64,000 nucleotides of DNA, taken from the NCBI GenBank assembly GCA_003141455.1, contig PLMA01000067.1, positions 17,340 through 81,339 on the forward strand, given 5' to 3'. The stretch comes from Chloroflexota bacterium. Lineage in GTDB: Bacteria > Chloroflexota > Limnocylindria > Limnocylindrales > CSP1-4. Below the pieces are notes generated by a model that ran no database searches, was not told where the DNA came from, and saw only the letters and a program-made list of their open reading frames with translations. Positions 21,097-30,861 of this stretch are shown piece by piece (position 1 is the first letter of the stretch; the number at the start of each line of letters is the position of its first letter). The translations under genes and the position numbers were made by a program.

Positions 21097-22898
21097 CGGG
21101 CGGGGTCGACACGGATCTCGGCACCGGGGGAATGGAAGGGGTTGCCGCCGGGTCGGCCGCCGCCGAAGCCTCCAGCGACTCCGATCCCGAGAGGCTGCCG
21201 GCCATCGCGGGTCGACTCACGGAACTCGGCGTGCACGATCTGGCCCTGATCGACAGGGTGAGGATCGCCTTCGAGCCGGGCCTGAACGTTCTGACAGGGG
21301 AGACCGGCGCCGGAAAGAGCCTGCTCATTGACGCTCTCGGTCTGGCCGTGGGCGCCAGGGCGGATTCGTCGCTGGTTCGTCACGGCTCGGAGGCGGCGCG
21401 GGTCGAGGCGCTTTTCGACCGCCTGCCGGAGCCGCTGATCTGCGCTCGTGAGGTCTCGGTTGCCGGCCGATCCACGGCGCGAATCGACGACGAAGCGGTG
21501 ACGGCGGCCCGTCTCTCCGACGTGGCCGGGCGTCTGGTCGAGATCCACGGGCAGCACGACCAGCAACGGCTCCTGGACGAGCGCTGGCAGCGGGAACTGC
21601 TCGATTCGTTCGGTCGCCTCGAGCGCGAACGAGCGGCGATGGCGGCGGCCGTGGAGGCGTGGCGCAAGAATCAGGCGGCTCTCGCGGAACTGGCCCTGGA
21701 TCCGCGCGAGCTGACGCGGCGGCTGGAGCTGCAGGAGCACCAGGCGGCGGAGATCGCCGGGGCGAGACTACGTGCGGGGGAGGCCGCGGAGCTCGTTGCC
21801 CGACTGGCCGCGGCCCAACACGGCGAGACCATCGCTCGCGGCAGTGTCGAGATCCATGAGGCGCTGGCGGGCGAGGGGAGCGGGGCGAGGGAGGTGACGG
21901 CCGGCGCCGCCCAACGGGCTCGCGAACTGGCCCGACTGGACGACCGGTACGGGCCGGTGGCGGAGCGGTTGCTCGGCCTGGCGGCGGAACTGGAAGATGC
22001 GGCAGCCGAGGCGCGCGACCTGGCGGAGACCGTGGAGCACGACCCGGCAGCTCTGGCTCGGATGGAAGAGCGGCTCTCCTCGATCTACTTGCTCGAGCGG
22101 AAGTACGGCGAAGACGAGACGGCCGTGATCGCGTACGGGGAGAAGGCCGCGCTGGAATCCTCTCGGTTGCGCGATCTGGATGTGTCGCGCGAGTCACGTC
22201 AGGCGGAGGCGGCGCGGTTGCTGGTGGAGGTGGCCGCGGCCGGGCGGGATCTCACGAGCGCCCGTACTGCCGCCGCCGGCAGGCTGGCGAGCGCCGTGGA
22301 GGCGACTCTGGGCGGACTCGGCTTCCGCCAGACCAAGTTCCAGGTCGCGGTTGCTCACCGGCCGGCGGGACCCGCCGAACCGGCGGTCGAGTCGGATGGC
22401 GAGCGCCTCGCGTTCGACGCGAGCGGCCTGGATTCGGTGGCCTTCCTGATTGCTCCCAATCCCGGCGAGCCTGCCCGGCCCCTGGCTCGAATAGCGTCGG
22501 GCGGCGAACTCTCTCGCGTCGCGCTGGCCATCAAGCAGATCCTGGCCGAGGCCGACCGCACCCCCACGCTGGTCTTCGACGAGATCGACAGCGGCATCGG
22601 TGGCCGCGGCGCCGAGCCGGTGGGCCGCAGCCTGTGGGAGCTGGCTCGGACGCACCAGGTGCTTTGCGTGACGCATCTGGGCCAGATCGCCGCGTACGCC
22701 GACGCGCAGTTCCGGATCGAGAAGCGCCAGCGCGACGGCCGAACTGTGACGGAAGTCCGCCGAGTAGAAGGATCGGAACGGGTCGTGGAGCTGGCGCAGA
22801 TGCTGGCCGGGGCCGAAGGCGGCGCAGCCGCCAGGGCGAGCGCGGAAGAGCTGCTCGAACGAGCCGACGCCTGGCGGCGCGCGACCGAGGGCAGGTGA
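21093..22898 (+). CDS. recN: DNA repair protein RecN
   Basis: Walker A LTGETGAGKSLLIDAL, long coiled coil and a C-terminal ABC-signature region. The ATG overlaps the nadK stop (ATGA). It has about 40 extra N-terminal residues relative to typical RecN. Confidence 0.88.
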   Translation: MTGGVDTDLGTGGMEGVAAGSAAAEASSDSDPERLPAIAGRLTELGVHDLALIDRVRIAFEPGLNVLTGETGAGKSLLIDALGLAVGARADSSLVRHGSEAARVEALFDRLPEPLICAREVSVAGRSTARIDDEAVTAARLSDVAGRLVEIHGQHDQQRLLDERWQRELLDSFGRLERERAAMAAAVEAWRKNQAALAELALDPRELTRRLELQEHQAAEIAGARLRAGEAAELVARLAAAQHGETIARGSVEIHEALAGEGSGAREVTAGAAQRARELARLDDRYGPVAERLLGLAAELEDAAAEARDLAETVEHDPAALARMEERLSSIYLLERKYGEDETAVIAYGEKAALESSRLRDLDVSRESRQAEAARLLVEVAAAGRDLTSARTAAAGRLASAVEATLGGLGFRQTKFQVAVAHRPAGPAEPAVESDGERLAFDASGLDSVAFLIAPNPGEPARPLARIASGGELSRVALAIKQILAEADRTPTLVFDEIDSGIGGRGAEPVGRSLWELARTHQVLCVTHLGQIAAYADAQFRIEKRQRDGRTVTEVRRVEGSERVVELAQMLAGAEGGAAARASAEELLERADAWRRATEGR

Positions 22899-22899
22899 G

Positions 22900-23844
22900 A
22901 TGAGCAGGGCGGCGTCCGGTTCCGTGGACCGATTGAGCGCCGCGATCGACGATTTCCTGCTCCATCTGCGAGTCGAGCGCGGGCTGTCGCCGGCGACGCT
23001 CTCTGCCTACCGCGCGGATCTGCTGGACTTCGCCGCGAGCCGGGGCGCATCGGCCGCGTGGGACACGACGGCCGAGGTGCCGATCCGCTACCTGAGCATG
23101 CTCGGGTCGCCCGGCCGCGGACGACGTCACGTTCTCCGACCGACCACTCTCCGGCGCCGGGCGGCCTCGCTGCGCGGCTTCTATCGATTCTGCTTCTCGG
23201 AGGGGCTCATCGAGGCGGACCTGGCGGCGCGCTTCGATCTGCCGCGCCAGCCACGCTTGCTCCCCGAGGTGTTGAGCGTCGAAGAGGTCGACGCCCTGCT
23301 GAGCGTGAAGAGCGACGACACGCCGGTCGGAATGCGGGATCGAGCGCTCCTCGAGCTTCTCTACGCCTCGGGGTTGCGCATATCGGAGGCCGTCGGTCTG
23401 GACCTGGAGGACATCTCACTGGACTCGGGTCTGGTGCGCGTCGTGGGCAAGGGCGATCGCGAGCGCCAGGTGCCGGTCGGCGAGGTGGCCGTCTCCTGGC
23501 TGCGGCGCTACATCGCCGAGGTCCGGCCTGGCTGGCTCACCGGGTCGCAAGGGGACGCACACCGCGGAGGGCCGGTCTTTCTCTCCGTGCGCGGAGATCG
23601 GCTGGACCGCAGGCGCGGCTGGGAGATACTTGTCGCGGCGGCCAGGAGCGCGGGTCTGCGGGACGGAATCAGCCCGCACACGCTCAGGCATTCGTTCGCA
23701 ACCCACCTGCTGGAGGGTGGAGCGGACCTGCGCATCGTTCAGGAGTTGCTCGGACATGCGAGCATCAGCACGACACAGCTCTACACACATCTGACTGGCG
23801 AACGGATCAAGGACGTATATGCTCGTGCCCATCCACGAGCGTGA
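22900..23844 (+). CDS. xerD: tyrosine recombinase XerD/XerC family (chromosome dimer resolution)
   Basis: C-terminal catalytic region HTLRHSFATHLLEGGADLRIVQELLGHASISTTQLYTHLT. It sits between recN and scpAB, as chromosomal xer genes do. Confidence 0.8.
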   Translation: MSRAASGSVDRLSAAIDDFLLHLRVERGLSPATLSAYRADLLDFAASRGASAAWDTTAEVPIRYLSMLGSPGRGRRHVLRPTTLRRRAASLRGFYRFCFSEGLIEADLAARFDLPRQPRLLPEVLSVEEVDALLSVKSDDTPVGMRDRALLELLYASGLRISEAVGLDLEDISLDSGLVRVVGKGDRERQVPVGEVAVSWLRRYIAEVRPGWLTGSQGDAHRGGPVFLSVRGDRLDRRRGWEILVAAARSAGLRDGISPHTLRHSFATHLLEGGADLRIVQELLGHASISTTQLYTHLTGERIKDVYARAHPRA

Positions 23845-23889
23845 CGGCGTGGAGAAGCCCGCAGGTGGGCGGGCCATGAAGGAGACGAG

Positions 23890-24558
23890 ATGAGCTACGC
23901 GGATACGTTGCTTGCGAAGGACGAGACGATCGTATACAGGGCCAGGCAGTTCTGGCTGGCGCCGGTTTCGGACGCCCGGAATGCCCTGCTCCTGCTGCTC
24001 CTCGGTATCGTTCTGGCGCTGATCGAGCACCAGGTCTTGAACTGGGGACTCCGGAGCATCGCCGGGATCGTAGACCTGATCCTCGTGCTCGTCGCGCTCG
24101 TTTGGATCGTGATCGTCTACCTCACCTGGAGGGCGGAGGAGTACATCATCACGTCGCGGCGCGTTCTCAAGGTCGAAGGGCTGCTCGACAAGAAGAGCGG
24201 TGACAGCTCCTTGGACAAGATCAACGACGCCGTCCTGAAGCAGGGCCTCCTGGCCAGGATGTTGCACTACGGCGATCTCGAGGTCCTGACGGCGAACGAA
24301 GAGGGCATCGACAGATACCAGATGCTGGCCAACGTCGTCGAGTTCAAGAAGGCCATGCTCAACGCCAAGAACTATCTCGACGATGGTTTTCGAGGGCAGG
24401 CCAGGACCGGCGCCGCGCCTGCAGCCCCGGTCGCGACGGCGGCGCAGTCCGACGACCCCACCGTGACCCTTGCGAAGCTCGCGGACCTGCGCGACAAGGG
24501 TGCGATCACACCGGCCGACTACGAGGCAAAGAAGGCCGAGCTGCTCGGCCGAATGTAG
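23890..24558 (+). CDS. membrane protein with bacterial PH (bPH_2/YdbT-like) domain and C-terminal SHOCT motif
   Basis: ETIVYRARQFWLAP followed by two TM helices and a PH-like segment; C-terminal LAKLADLRDKGAITPADYEAKKAELLG is SHOCT-like. Confidence 0.6.
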   Translation: MSYADTLLAKDETIVYRARQFWLAPVSDARNALLLLLLGIVLALIEHQVLNWGLRSIAGIVDLILVLVALVWIVIVYLTWRAEEYIITSRRVLKVEGLLDKKSGDSSLDKINDAVLKQGLLARMLHYGDLEVLTANEEGIDRYQMLANVVEFKKAMLNAKNYLDDGFRGQARTGAAPAAPVATAAQSDDPTVTLAKLADLRDKGAITPADYEAKKAELLGRM

Positions 24559-24612
24559 CTCCGGAGAGGCTGACGGGCGTGCGATCTCGCGACGGCGCCC
24601 TATCCGCTTCGA

Positions 24613-25293
24613 TTGTCATGGAATCGAGGTCCAGCTTTGTCTTCGCTTGACGTCGCCTCGGCCGTCATCTGGGTCCTGCTCTTCTTTCTGATCGCGGGAC
24701 CCGTCCACGAATGCGCGCATGCCGTGGCGGCCTGGCGACTCGGCGACGACACGGCCAAAGCAAACGGTCGGATCACTCTGAACCCGCTCGTCCACTTCGA
24801 TCCGATGGGCGGATCGCTGCTGGCGATCAGCGTGCTCCTCACCGGCCGCGGCTTCGGGTGGGCCAAACCCACGCCGGTGAACCCATACAACCTGCGCGGC
24901 CACCACGCCGATTCCATCGTGGCCGCGGCCGGCCCGCTCTCCAATCTCGTACTGGCCGCCCTATTCGCGATCCCGTTCCGGATCTTGTGGGCAAACGGCG
25001 TGGTGTGGGGCAACACCTCGGCGATCGAGATGGTGCAGCTCGTCTGCTACGTGGGCATATGGCTGAACGTGTTGCTGATGATCTTCAACTTCATCCCGAT
25101 ACCGCCTCTGGACGGGGCGCACGTGCTGTTCGATTTCCTCGACCCGCGCACATCTCGCGACCTCCAGGCGACCCTCAATCAGTACGGCCTACTCTTGCTG
25201 GTCGGGGTCATCCTCGTCGGGAGCCAGGTCATCTTTCCCATCGCTCGGCCAATCGTCAGTTTCCTCACCGGCCTTCCCATCCAGCTCCTCTAG
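24613..25293 (+). CDS. site-2 protease family (M50) small intramembrane metalloprotease
   Basis: HEXXH within a TM helix (PVHECAHAVAA) and the NxxPxxxLDG motif (NFIPIPPLDGAHV). TTG start per track. Confidence 0.7.
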   Translation: MSWNRGPALSSLDVASAVIWVLLFFLIAGPVHECAHAVAAWRLGDDTAKANGRITLNPLVHFDPMGGSLLAISVLLTGRGFGWAKPTPVNPYNLRGHHADSIVAAAGPLSNLVLAALFAIPFRILWANGVVWGNTSAIEMVQLVCYVGIWLNVLLMIFNFIPIPPLDGAHVLFDFLDPRTSRDLQATLNQYGLLLLVGVILVGSQVIFPIARPIVSFLTGLPIQLL

Positions 25294-25302
25294 CGTCACG
25301 GC

Positions 25303-25794
25303 ATGGGTGGATGGTGGGCGTCGAAGATCAGGCGAACCTGGGCTTATCTGCGCGCCGGGGTCTCGGTGGCTGAGAGAGACGAGCTGGCAGGCTGGTTGGA
25401 ACCACGGCAACTGGAGCTGTTCGATCGCATGCTCGTCAACGATCGGCGTCACGGCCTGGACGTCCTGGCCGAGTTGCGTGCGGCCGGCGTCGTCGACCCC
25501 GACCTGTTGACGGCCGGGCTCTTGCACGATTGCGGCAAGGGGTCCCGAGTCCGCCTCGTGCACCGCGTGGCGTGGTCGCTGGGCCAGCGCTACGGCGGCT
25601 GGATCTGGCGCGCCAGCGCTCACATGCCGACGTTCCGAGCGGGGCTCGCAACGCTGCGGAACCATGCCACCCGTTCGGCTGATCTGGCGGCGGAGGCCGG
25701 GTGCAGCCCCCGGACAATCGACCTGATCCGAAACCAGGAAGCTCCGATGGACGACGACGGACTCCTCCTGCTGGCCGCGGACGAGGCCCACTAG
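25303..25794 (+). CDS. HD-domain phosphohydrolase-like protein
   Basis: DRRHGLDV ... LLHDCGK resembles an H…HD metal-binding arrangement; 163 aa. Confidence 0.5.
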   Translation: MGGWWASKIRRTWAYLRAGVSVAERDELAGWLEPRQLELFDRMLVNDRRHGLDVLAELRAAGVVDPDLLTAGLLHDCGKGSRVRLVHRVAWSLGQRYGGWIWRASAHMPTFRAGLATLRNHATRSADLAAEAGCSPRTIDLIRNQEAPMDDDGLLLLAADEAH

Positions 25795-26688
25795 ATGGCA
25801 GCCACCGCCGCCGCCCGTAGCCTTGAGGCGAGCCGACACGGCGCCTCGGGTGTGCTGCCTAGGTCGGGCGTTGCCCCGCAAGTGGTCTTGGGAGAAGGCA
25901 GAGTCGAGGGCACCACGCACGTCCGCCTGGAGGAATTCGAGGGGCCGCTGGCGCTTCTCCTGGCCCTGATCGAAGCCCGTCAGTTCGACGTTCTGACCGT
26001 GCCTCTGGGAGGCCTGGCCGAGGCCTATCTGGATGCTCTGGCGAGCCTTCAGGGGGACCGGCTCGGCAACGTGTCGGGCTTCGTGGCCGTGGCCGCGCAG
26101 CTGATCCTCATCAAGAGCCGGGCAATCCTGCCGCGGGCGCCGGCGGTTTCGGCGATCCCTCTGGACGACACGCCCGATCCGGAGGCGGACTTGCGGGCCC
26201 GGCTCCTCGAATACCGGCGTTACCGCGACGCGGGCGTCTCGCTGGGCGAGCGGGACGGGGTGAGTCGCCTCTTCCGCCGCGATGCCGAGGCCGCAGCCAC
26301 AGCGGGCCGGGCCGGCGCCAGGCCACCGCAACGGGATCCGTTGCCCGTCTCCGCTCTGACTGGGGCCCTGGGCCGCCTTGCAAGCGTTGCTCCCGAGAAC
26401 CCGGTTCCGGCCCAGATCGTCCCTCGTACGATTACCCTGGCCGAGCGGACGGAGATCATCCGTGCGGCGCTGCGCGGCTCGGACACGATCGTGCTCCAGG
26501 AGCTGCTCGGCGGGGTCCGCGACCGGGTCGTGGTGGCGGTCACCTTCCTGGCGATGCTGGAACTCTCGAAACGCCGCGAGATCACCCTGGAGCAGGCCGA
26601 ACCGTGGGGACCGATCATCGTCAGGCGGCTGGTGGCAGCCGAAGAAAACGGGGTCAAGACCGCAGAGAGCCTGGAGCCGTTCGCGTGA
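25795..26688 (+). CDS. scpA: segregation and condensation protein A
   Basis: FEGPLALLLALIEARQFDVLTVPLGGLAEAYLDAL N-terminal kleisin motif. Placed before scpB. Confidence 0.85.
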   Translation: MAATAAARSLEASRHGASGVLPRSGVAPQVVLGEGRVEGTTHVRLEEFEGPLALLLALIEARQFDVLTVPLGGLAEAYLDALASLQGDRLGNVSGFVAVAAQLILIKSRAILPRAPAVSAIPLDDTPDPEADLRARLLEYRRYRDAGVSLGERDGVSRLFRRDAEAAATAGRAGARPPQRDPLPVSALTGALGRLASVAPENPVPAQIVPRTITLAERTEIIRAALRGSDTIVLQELLGGVRDRVVVAVTFLAMLELSKRREITLEQAEPWGPIIVRRLVAAEENGVKTAESLEPFA

Positions 26689-27389
26689 CGCACCAAGACC
26701 ACGAGCCGACACCGAGCCGAGCGACGGACGCCCTCGCCGCCGCAGGCGGTGCGACGGAGACCGAGGCTGAGACCTCGGACGCGCAGCCGGGTGAGCTGAC
26801 CGAGACTCAGCTCGAGGCGCTGCTGTTCGTCGCGGAGCGGCCTCTTGGACGGTCCGAGATAGCCCAGCTCGCGGGTGTCGATCGCGAGACGGTCGACGCT
26901 CGCATCGGAGACCTCGCGGTGAGCCTGGCTGGGAGGGGGATTCGGCTGGTGGAGTCCGGGGAACGCCTGGAACTCGCGACGGCCCCTGAGGCGGGCCGTC
27001 TGATCGCCCGCTATGTCGGCGCCGATGCGCCACACCTGTCCACTCCCTCGCTGGAGACGCTGGCGATCGTGGCGTACCGGCAGCCGTGCACCCGCGCCAC
27101 CATCGAGAGGATCCGGGGCGTGGATTCTGACTACACGCTCCGGTCCCTGCTGCATCGTCGTCTGCTCGCCGAGCTCGGCCGCTCGGAGGCCCCGGGCCGG
27201 CCGTTCCTCTACGGCACAGGGTTCGATTTCCTGGAACGGTTCGGCCTGACCAGCCTCGACGAACTGCCGCCCCTCGAGCCCGACGTCGCCGCGCGCCTCT
27301 TCGACGGAATGGAGGCCGGCGAGGCCGCATCGGCCGACAAGCGACGAGAAGGCGCGGACGCCGGCGAAGGCGAGACGGAGGCCGGCTGA
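26685..27389 (+). CDS. scpB: segregation and condensation protein B
   Basis: LEALLFVAERPLGRSEIAQLAGVD winged-helix repeats. GTG at 26685 overlaps the scpA stop (GTGA). The track ORF from 26604 is probably too long. Confidence 0.85.
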   Translation: MTHQDHEPTPSRATDALAAAGGATETEAETSDAQPGELTETQLEALLFVAERPLGRSEIAQLAGVDRETVDARIGDLAVSLAGRGIRLVESGERLELATAPEAGRLIARYVGADAPHLSTPSLETLAIVAYRQPCTRATIERIRGVDSDYTLRSLLHRRLLAELGRSEAPGRPFLYGTGFDFLERFGLTSLDELPPLEPDVAARLFDGMEAGEAASADKRREGADAGEGETEAG

Positions 27390-28229
27390 GTGGCACGGGC
27401 GCGGCTGCAGAAAGTCATGGCCGACGCGGGCATCGGATCGCGGCGCGGCAACGAGGACTTGATCCGGGCGGGGCGCGTGAGGGTGGACGGCCGGCCGGCC
27501 ATGATCGGCGAGAAGGTCGATCCGGGAGTGCAGCGCGTGGAGATCGACGGCAAGGCGATGCCGGCGGTTGCGAGATCGCGGTCCTATTGGGCGCTGAACA
27601 AACCCGCGGGCGTTGTCTCGACCGTTCGAGATCGTCATGCCGAGCGGACGGTGATGGAGCTGCTTCCGGCGCAGGCACGCGGCACGCGCCTATACCCGGT
27701 CGGGCGCCTGGACGAGGAATCGGAGGGGCTCCTGCTCTTCACAGACGACGGCAAGTGGGCGGATCTGCTGCTCCATCCGCGCTACGGAGTCGAACGCGAG
27801 TACATGGTCGGCCTGGATCGGTCCGTGACCAAGGTCCAGCGAACAGCCCTCCGGGGCGGCATCGAACTGGAGGAGGGCCTGGCGCGCCTGGATCGACTGG
27901 AAGACGCAACTCCGGCCCAGGTCCGGAGCCTGCTCGACCTCCTCGATCCGCCCCATCCCGAGCTGCGCTGGTATCGCGTGGTGCTGGCCCAGGGTTGGAA
28001 GCGTCAGATCAGGCGCATGTTCGAGTCCACGGGCGCCCCCGTTCGGCGCCTCGTGAGGGTCAGGGTCGGGACGCTGAAGCTCACCGACCTCCACTCCGGC
28101 GAGGCCAGGGCGCTGACCCACCAGGAGGTGACTCAGCTGGCGTCTCGGGCACGGGCCGAGACGGGCAGCGCGGCGGCCCGCTCGACGAAAGGGTCCGCGA
28201 ACAGCGAAGGCTCGCCTCCGGACGCCTGA
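27390..28229 (+). CDS. rluB: pseudouridine synthase RluB/RsuA family
   Basis: S4 N-terminus ARLQKVMADAGIGSRRGNEDLIRAGRVRVDG and catalytic region LYPVGRLDEESEGLLLFTDDG; GTG start immediately after the scpB stop. Confidence 0.85.
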   Translation: MARARLQKVMADAGIGSRRGNEDLIRAGRVRVDGRPAMIGEKVDPGVQRVEIDGKAMPAVARSRSYWALNKPAGVVSTVRDRHAERTVMELLPAQARGTRLYPVGRLDEESEGLLLFTDDGKWADLLLHPRYGVEREYMVGLDRSVTKVQRTALRGGIELEEGLARLDRLEDATPAQVRSLLDLLDPPHPELRWYRVVLAQGWKRQIRRMFESTGAPVRRLVRVRVGTLKLTDLHSGEARALTHQEVTQLASRARAETGSAAARSTKGSANSEGSPPDA

Positions 28230-28324
28230 CCCGGCGGCCTCGAGCGTCTGACCGGACGCCTGACCGGGCGCCTGGCGCCGGGACGCGGAGATCGGCTGCG
28301 ACGCGTCACGCTATCCTGCGAGGC

Positions 28325-29098
28325 GTGAGCAGCGACCGTCGGCCTATCGCCACCCCGCCCGCACGACTCCCCGTCGTCGCCATCGATGGGCCCAGCTCCA
28401 GCGGCAAGAGCACCGTCGGAGCGGAGGCGGCTCTCCGGCTGCGCTACCGTTTCTGCGACACGGGCCTGCTCTACCGGGCCGTGACCTGGCTGGCGTTGGA
28501 GCGCGGCGTGCCGGCCACGGACACCGCGGCGGTCGTCCCACTCGCGGCCGAGGTTCGTCTCCAGGCAGACCCGCAGGGACGTCTTCAGCGAGTGGAGGCA
28601 GACGGTCGGGACGTCACGACCGAGGTCTGCGGCGCTCCGGTGGACCGGTCCGTCTCCGCGTATTCGATGGTGCCTGAGCTGCGAGCGGCTCTCGTGGGGC
28701 GCCAGCGCGACATCGCCGCCGGCGGCGGCATCATCATGGCCGGGCGCGACATCGGCACGGTCATCCTGCCCGACGCGGACCTGAAGATCTTCCTGGACGC
28801 GTCGGCCGAGGAGCGGGCCAGACGGCGAGCCGCGGAACGAGGGGCCGCTCCTCCGGAGGCCGAGCGAATCCTCGATGAGTTGCGGCGCCGCGATGCGATC
28901 GACTCTAGCCGTGAGGTCGCCCCCCTCCGGGCGGCGCCGGACGCGATGATCCTGAAGACCGACGGCAAGACGTTCGATCAGGCGGTGGCGGCCGTCCTTC
29001 AGGAGATTCGGAAGGCGGAAAGGCGGCTCGCCGGAGGCAACCGGGCGGCCGACGGAGGCAACCGGCCGGCCGTCCCAGGAGAACCGCATGGCCGCTAG
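28325..29098 (+). CDS. cmk: cytidylate kinase
   Basis: P-loop VVAIDGPSSSGKSTVGAEAALRLRYRFCDTGLLYRAVT. GTG at 28325 is inferred. The track ORF 27587..29098 begins far upstream, out of context over rluB. Confidence 0.8.
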   Translation: MSSDRRPIATPPARLPVVAIDGPSSSGKSTVGAEAALRLRYRFCDTGLLYRAVTWLALERGVPATDTAAVVPLAAEVRLQADPQGRLQRVEADGRDVTTEVCGAPVDRSVSAYSMVPELRAALVGRQRDIAAGGGIIMAGRDIGTVILPDADLKIFLDASAEERARRRAAERGAAPPEAERILDELRRRDAIDSSREVAPLRAAPDAMILKTDGKTFDQAVAAVLQEIRKAERRLAGGNRAADGGNRPAVPGEPHGR

Positions 29099-29780
29099 GC
29101 ACCTTCCGTTCTGGCCGCGCTTCAGCGGAGCCGTCCTGCGAGCGATCATCGCTTGCCTGACTCGAGTCCGGCTGGAGGGCCTCCAGAACGTCCCGGTGGA
29201 CGGGCCCGTGCTGGTTGTCTGCAACCATGCCTCCAACGCGGACGGCGGCCTCCTCATCGCCTACATCGTGCCGAGGTTCGGGCGGCCGATGCGCTGGCTA
29301 GGCAAAGAAGAAGCTCTGCGCTGGCCCTTCTTCGGCTGGGGATTGCGCCAGAACGGGGTCTTCGGCGTTCGTCGTGGCGCCGGCGATCTGGAGGCTTTCA
29401 AGCTGGCCAAGAGCGTGCTGGACGAGGGCGGCGTGCTGACGATATTCCCGGAGGGAACTCGCTCGCCGGACGGGGCGCTTCGCGAAGTCAAGGAAGGGGC
29501 TACGGTCCTGGCCGTTCGCAGCGCGGCGCCCATCCTCCCCATCGCGATCGTCGGCTCGCAGCGTTTCTGGCCGAAAGGCAAGCTGTTCTTTCGGCCCGGT
29601 CGGCGAATGACGGTCAGGGTGGGGGAGACCTTCATGCTCTCGATGCCCAAGGGCGCCGACCGCCACCAATCCCTGCATCTCGCAACGGTGGAGCTGATGC
29701 GCCACATCGCGGAGCTTCTTCCACCCGAGCAGCAGGGCGTCTACGCCGAAGCCGTTGCCGCGGCTGATCGGGACCGATAG
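29088..29780 (+). CDS. plsC: 1-acyl-sn-glycerol-3-phosphate acyltransferase
   Basis: HX4D acyltransferase motif VVCNHASNADGGLL plus FPEGTRS. Confidence 0.82.
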   Translation: MAARHLPFWPRFSGAVLRAIIACLTRVRLEGLQNVPVDGPVLVVCNHASNADGGLLIAYIVPRFGRPMRWLGKEEALRWPFFGWGLRQNGVFGVRRGAGDLEAFKLAKSVLDEGGVLTIFPEGTRSPDGALREVKEGATVLAVRSAAPILPIAIVGSQRFWPKGKLFFRPGRRMTVRVGETFMLSMPKGADRHQSLHLATVELMRHIAELLPPEQQGVYAEAVAAADRDR

Positions 29781-29858
29781 GGGTGGCGGTCGCGGCGGCT
29801 GACGCGACGGATCCACCCCAATGAGCCTCGGCTGCCCTTCGTGGGATACTGAAGCGAA

Positions 29859-30818
29859 ATGGGTAACGTTCAAGAAGTCCGAATAGCCAGGCGCACCGGG
29901 TTCTGCTACGGCGTCCGCGAGGCCATCGACAAGGCCAAGGAGTCCGCCGCCGCCGGGAAGCACACTCACACGCTCGGCCAGGTCGTCCACAACGAGGGCG
30001 TCATCGCCGCGTTGGCGGCCCAGGGGATAGAGACCGTAGACACCCTGGACGACGTCCACGCCGGGTCCGCGGTCGTGATCCGCGCCCACGGCGTCCGGCC
30101 CGAAGTGCTGGCCAGGGCCGATGCGCGCGGGCTCGACGTCATCGACGGCACGTGCACCTGGGTGATCCAGGAACAGCGCGAGATCACCCGGCTCGTGGAA
30201 GAGGGGTACTCGATCGTCCTGCTGGGCACGCCCCGCCATCCGGAAGTCGTGGGCCTGCTCGGTTTCGCGCCCGATGCGATCGTCGTCGACGAAGAGGCCG
30301 ACTGGGAGCAGATCCCGCGCCGCAAGAAGATGGCGCTGCTCAGCCAGAGCACGCAGCCGCCCTGGAAGTTCGAGAAGCTGGCCGCCTTCATGGTGGGGCG
30401 ATGCCACGAGCTGAAGATCGTCAACACAGTCTGCCCGGTCACGATCCGCCGCCAGCAGGACACCGTGGAAGCCGCCTCCGAGGTCGATCTGATGGTCGTG
30501 GTGGGCGGCCGTTCGAGCGCGAACACCAAGGAGCTGACCCGACTCTGCGAGATCGTCGGGACGCGTGCCGTCCAGATCGAATCCGAGGATGACCTGACCG
30601 ACGCGTCCGTCTTCGAGGGAGCGCGCGTCGTCGGCGTCACCGGCGGCACCTCCACGCCGATCGAGGATCTGCGCAGTGTCGCCGAGCGCATCCTGCGCGT
30701 TGCCGGGACGCCGGAAGCCGCCGCCCGTGCCCAGGAACTGGCCACGGCCGCTCTCGCCGCCGCGGCCACTCCGGCCGGCCGGACCACGTCGCTGCCCCTC
30801 GTCGCCGGGGCCGCTTGA
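29859..30818 (+). CDS. ispH: 4-hydroxy-3-methylbut-2-enyl diphosphate reductase
   Basis: [18 protein letters not shown]-terminus with the conserved Cys; three-repeat IspH/LytB architecture; about 319 aa. Confidence 0.88.
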   Translation: MGNVQEVRIARRTGFCYGVREAIDKAKESAAAGKHTHTLGQVVHNEGVIAALAAQGIETVDTLDDVHAGSAVVIRAHGVRPEVLARADARGLDVIDGTCTWVIQEQREITRLVEEGYSIVLLGTPRHPEVVGLLGFAPDAIVVDEEADWEQIPRRKKMALLSQSTQPPWKFEKLAAFMVGRCHELKIVNTVCPVTIRRQQDTVEAASEVDLMVVVGGRSSANTKELTRLCEIVGTRAVQIESEDDLTDASVFEGARVVGVTGGTSTPIEDLRSVAERILRVAGTPEAAARAQELATAALAAAATPAGRTTSLPLVAGAA

Positions 30819-30861
30819 CGCCGCTCACCGGGGCTCGGTCCTGATCGGCCATAATCCCGCG

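Noticed and set aside
22900-23844. Tyrosine recombinase as a possible mobile-element integrase
   Set aside because: Its context (recN upstream, scpA/scpB downstream), its size and the absence of flanking repeats or phage genes fit chromosomal XerD/XerC, not a prophage or ICE integrase.
27587-28324. N-terminal 246 aa of track ORF 27587..29098
   Set aside because: It is out-of-frame read-through across rluB (Arg/Gly/Pro-rich). The cmk P-loop begins just after 28325.
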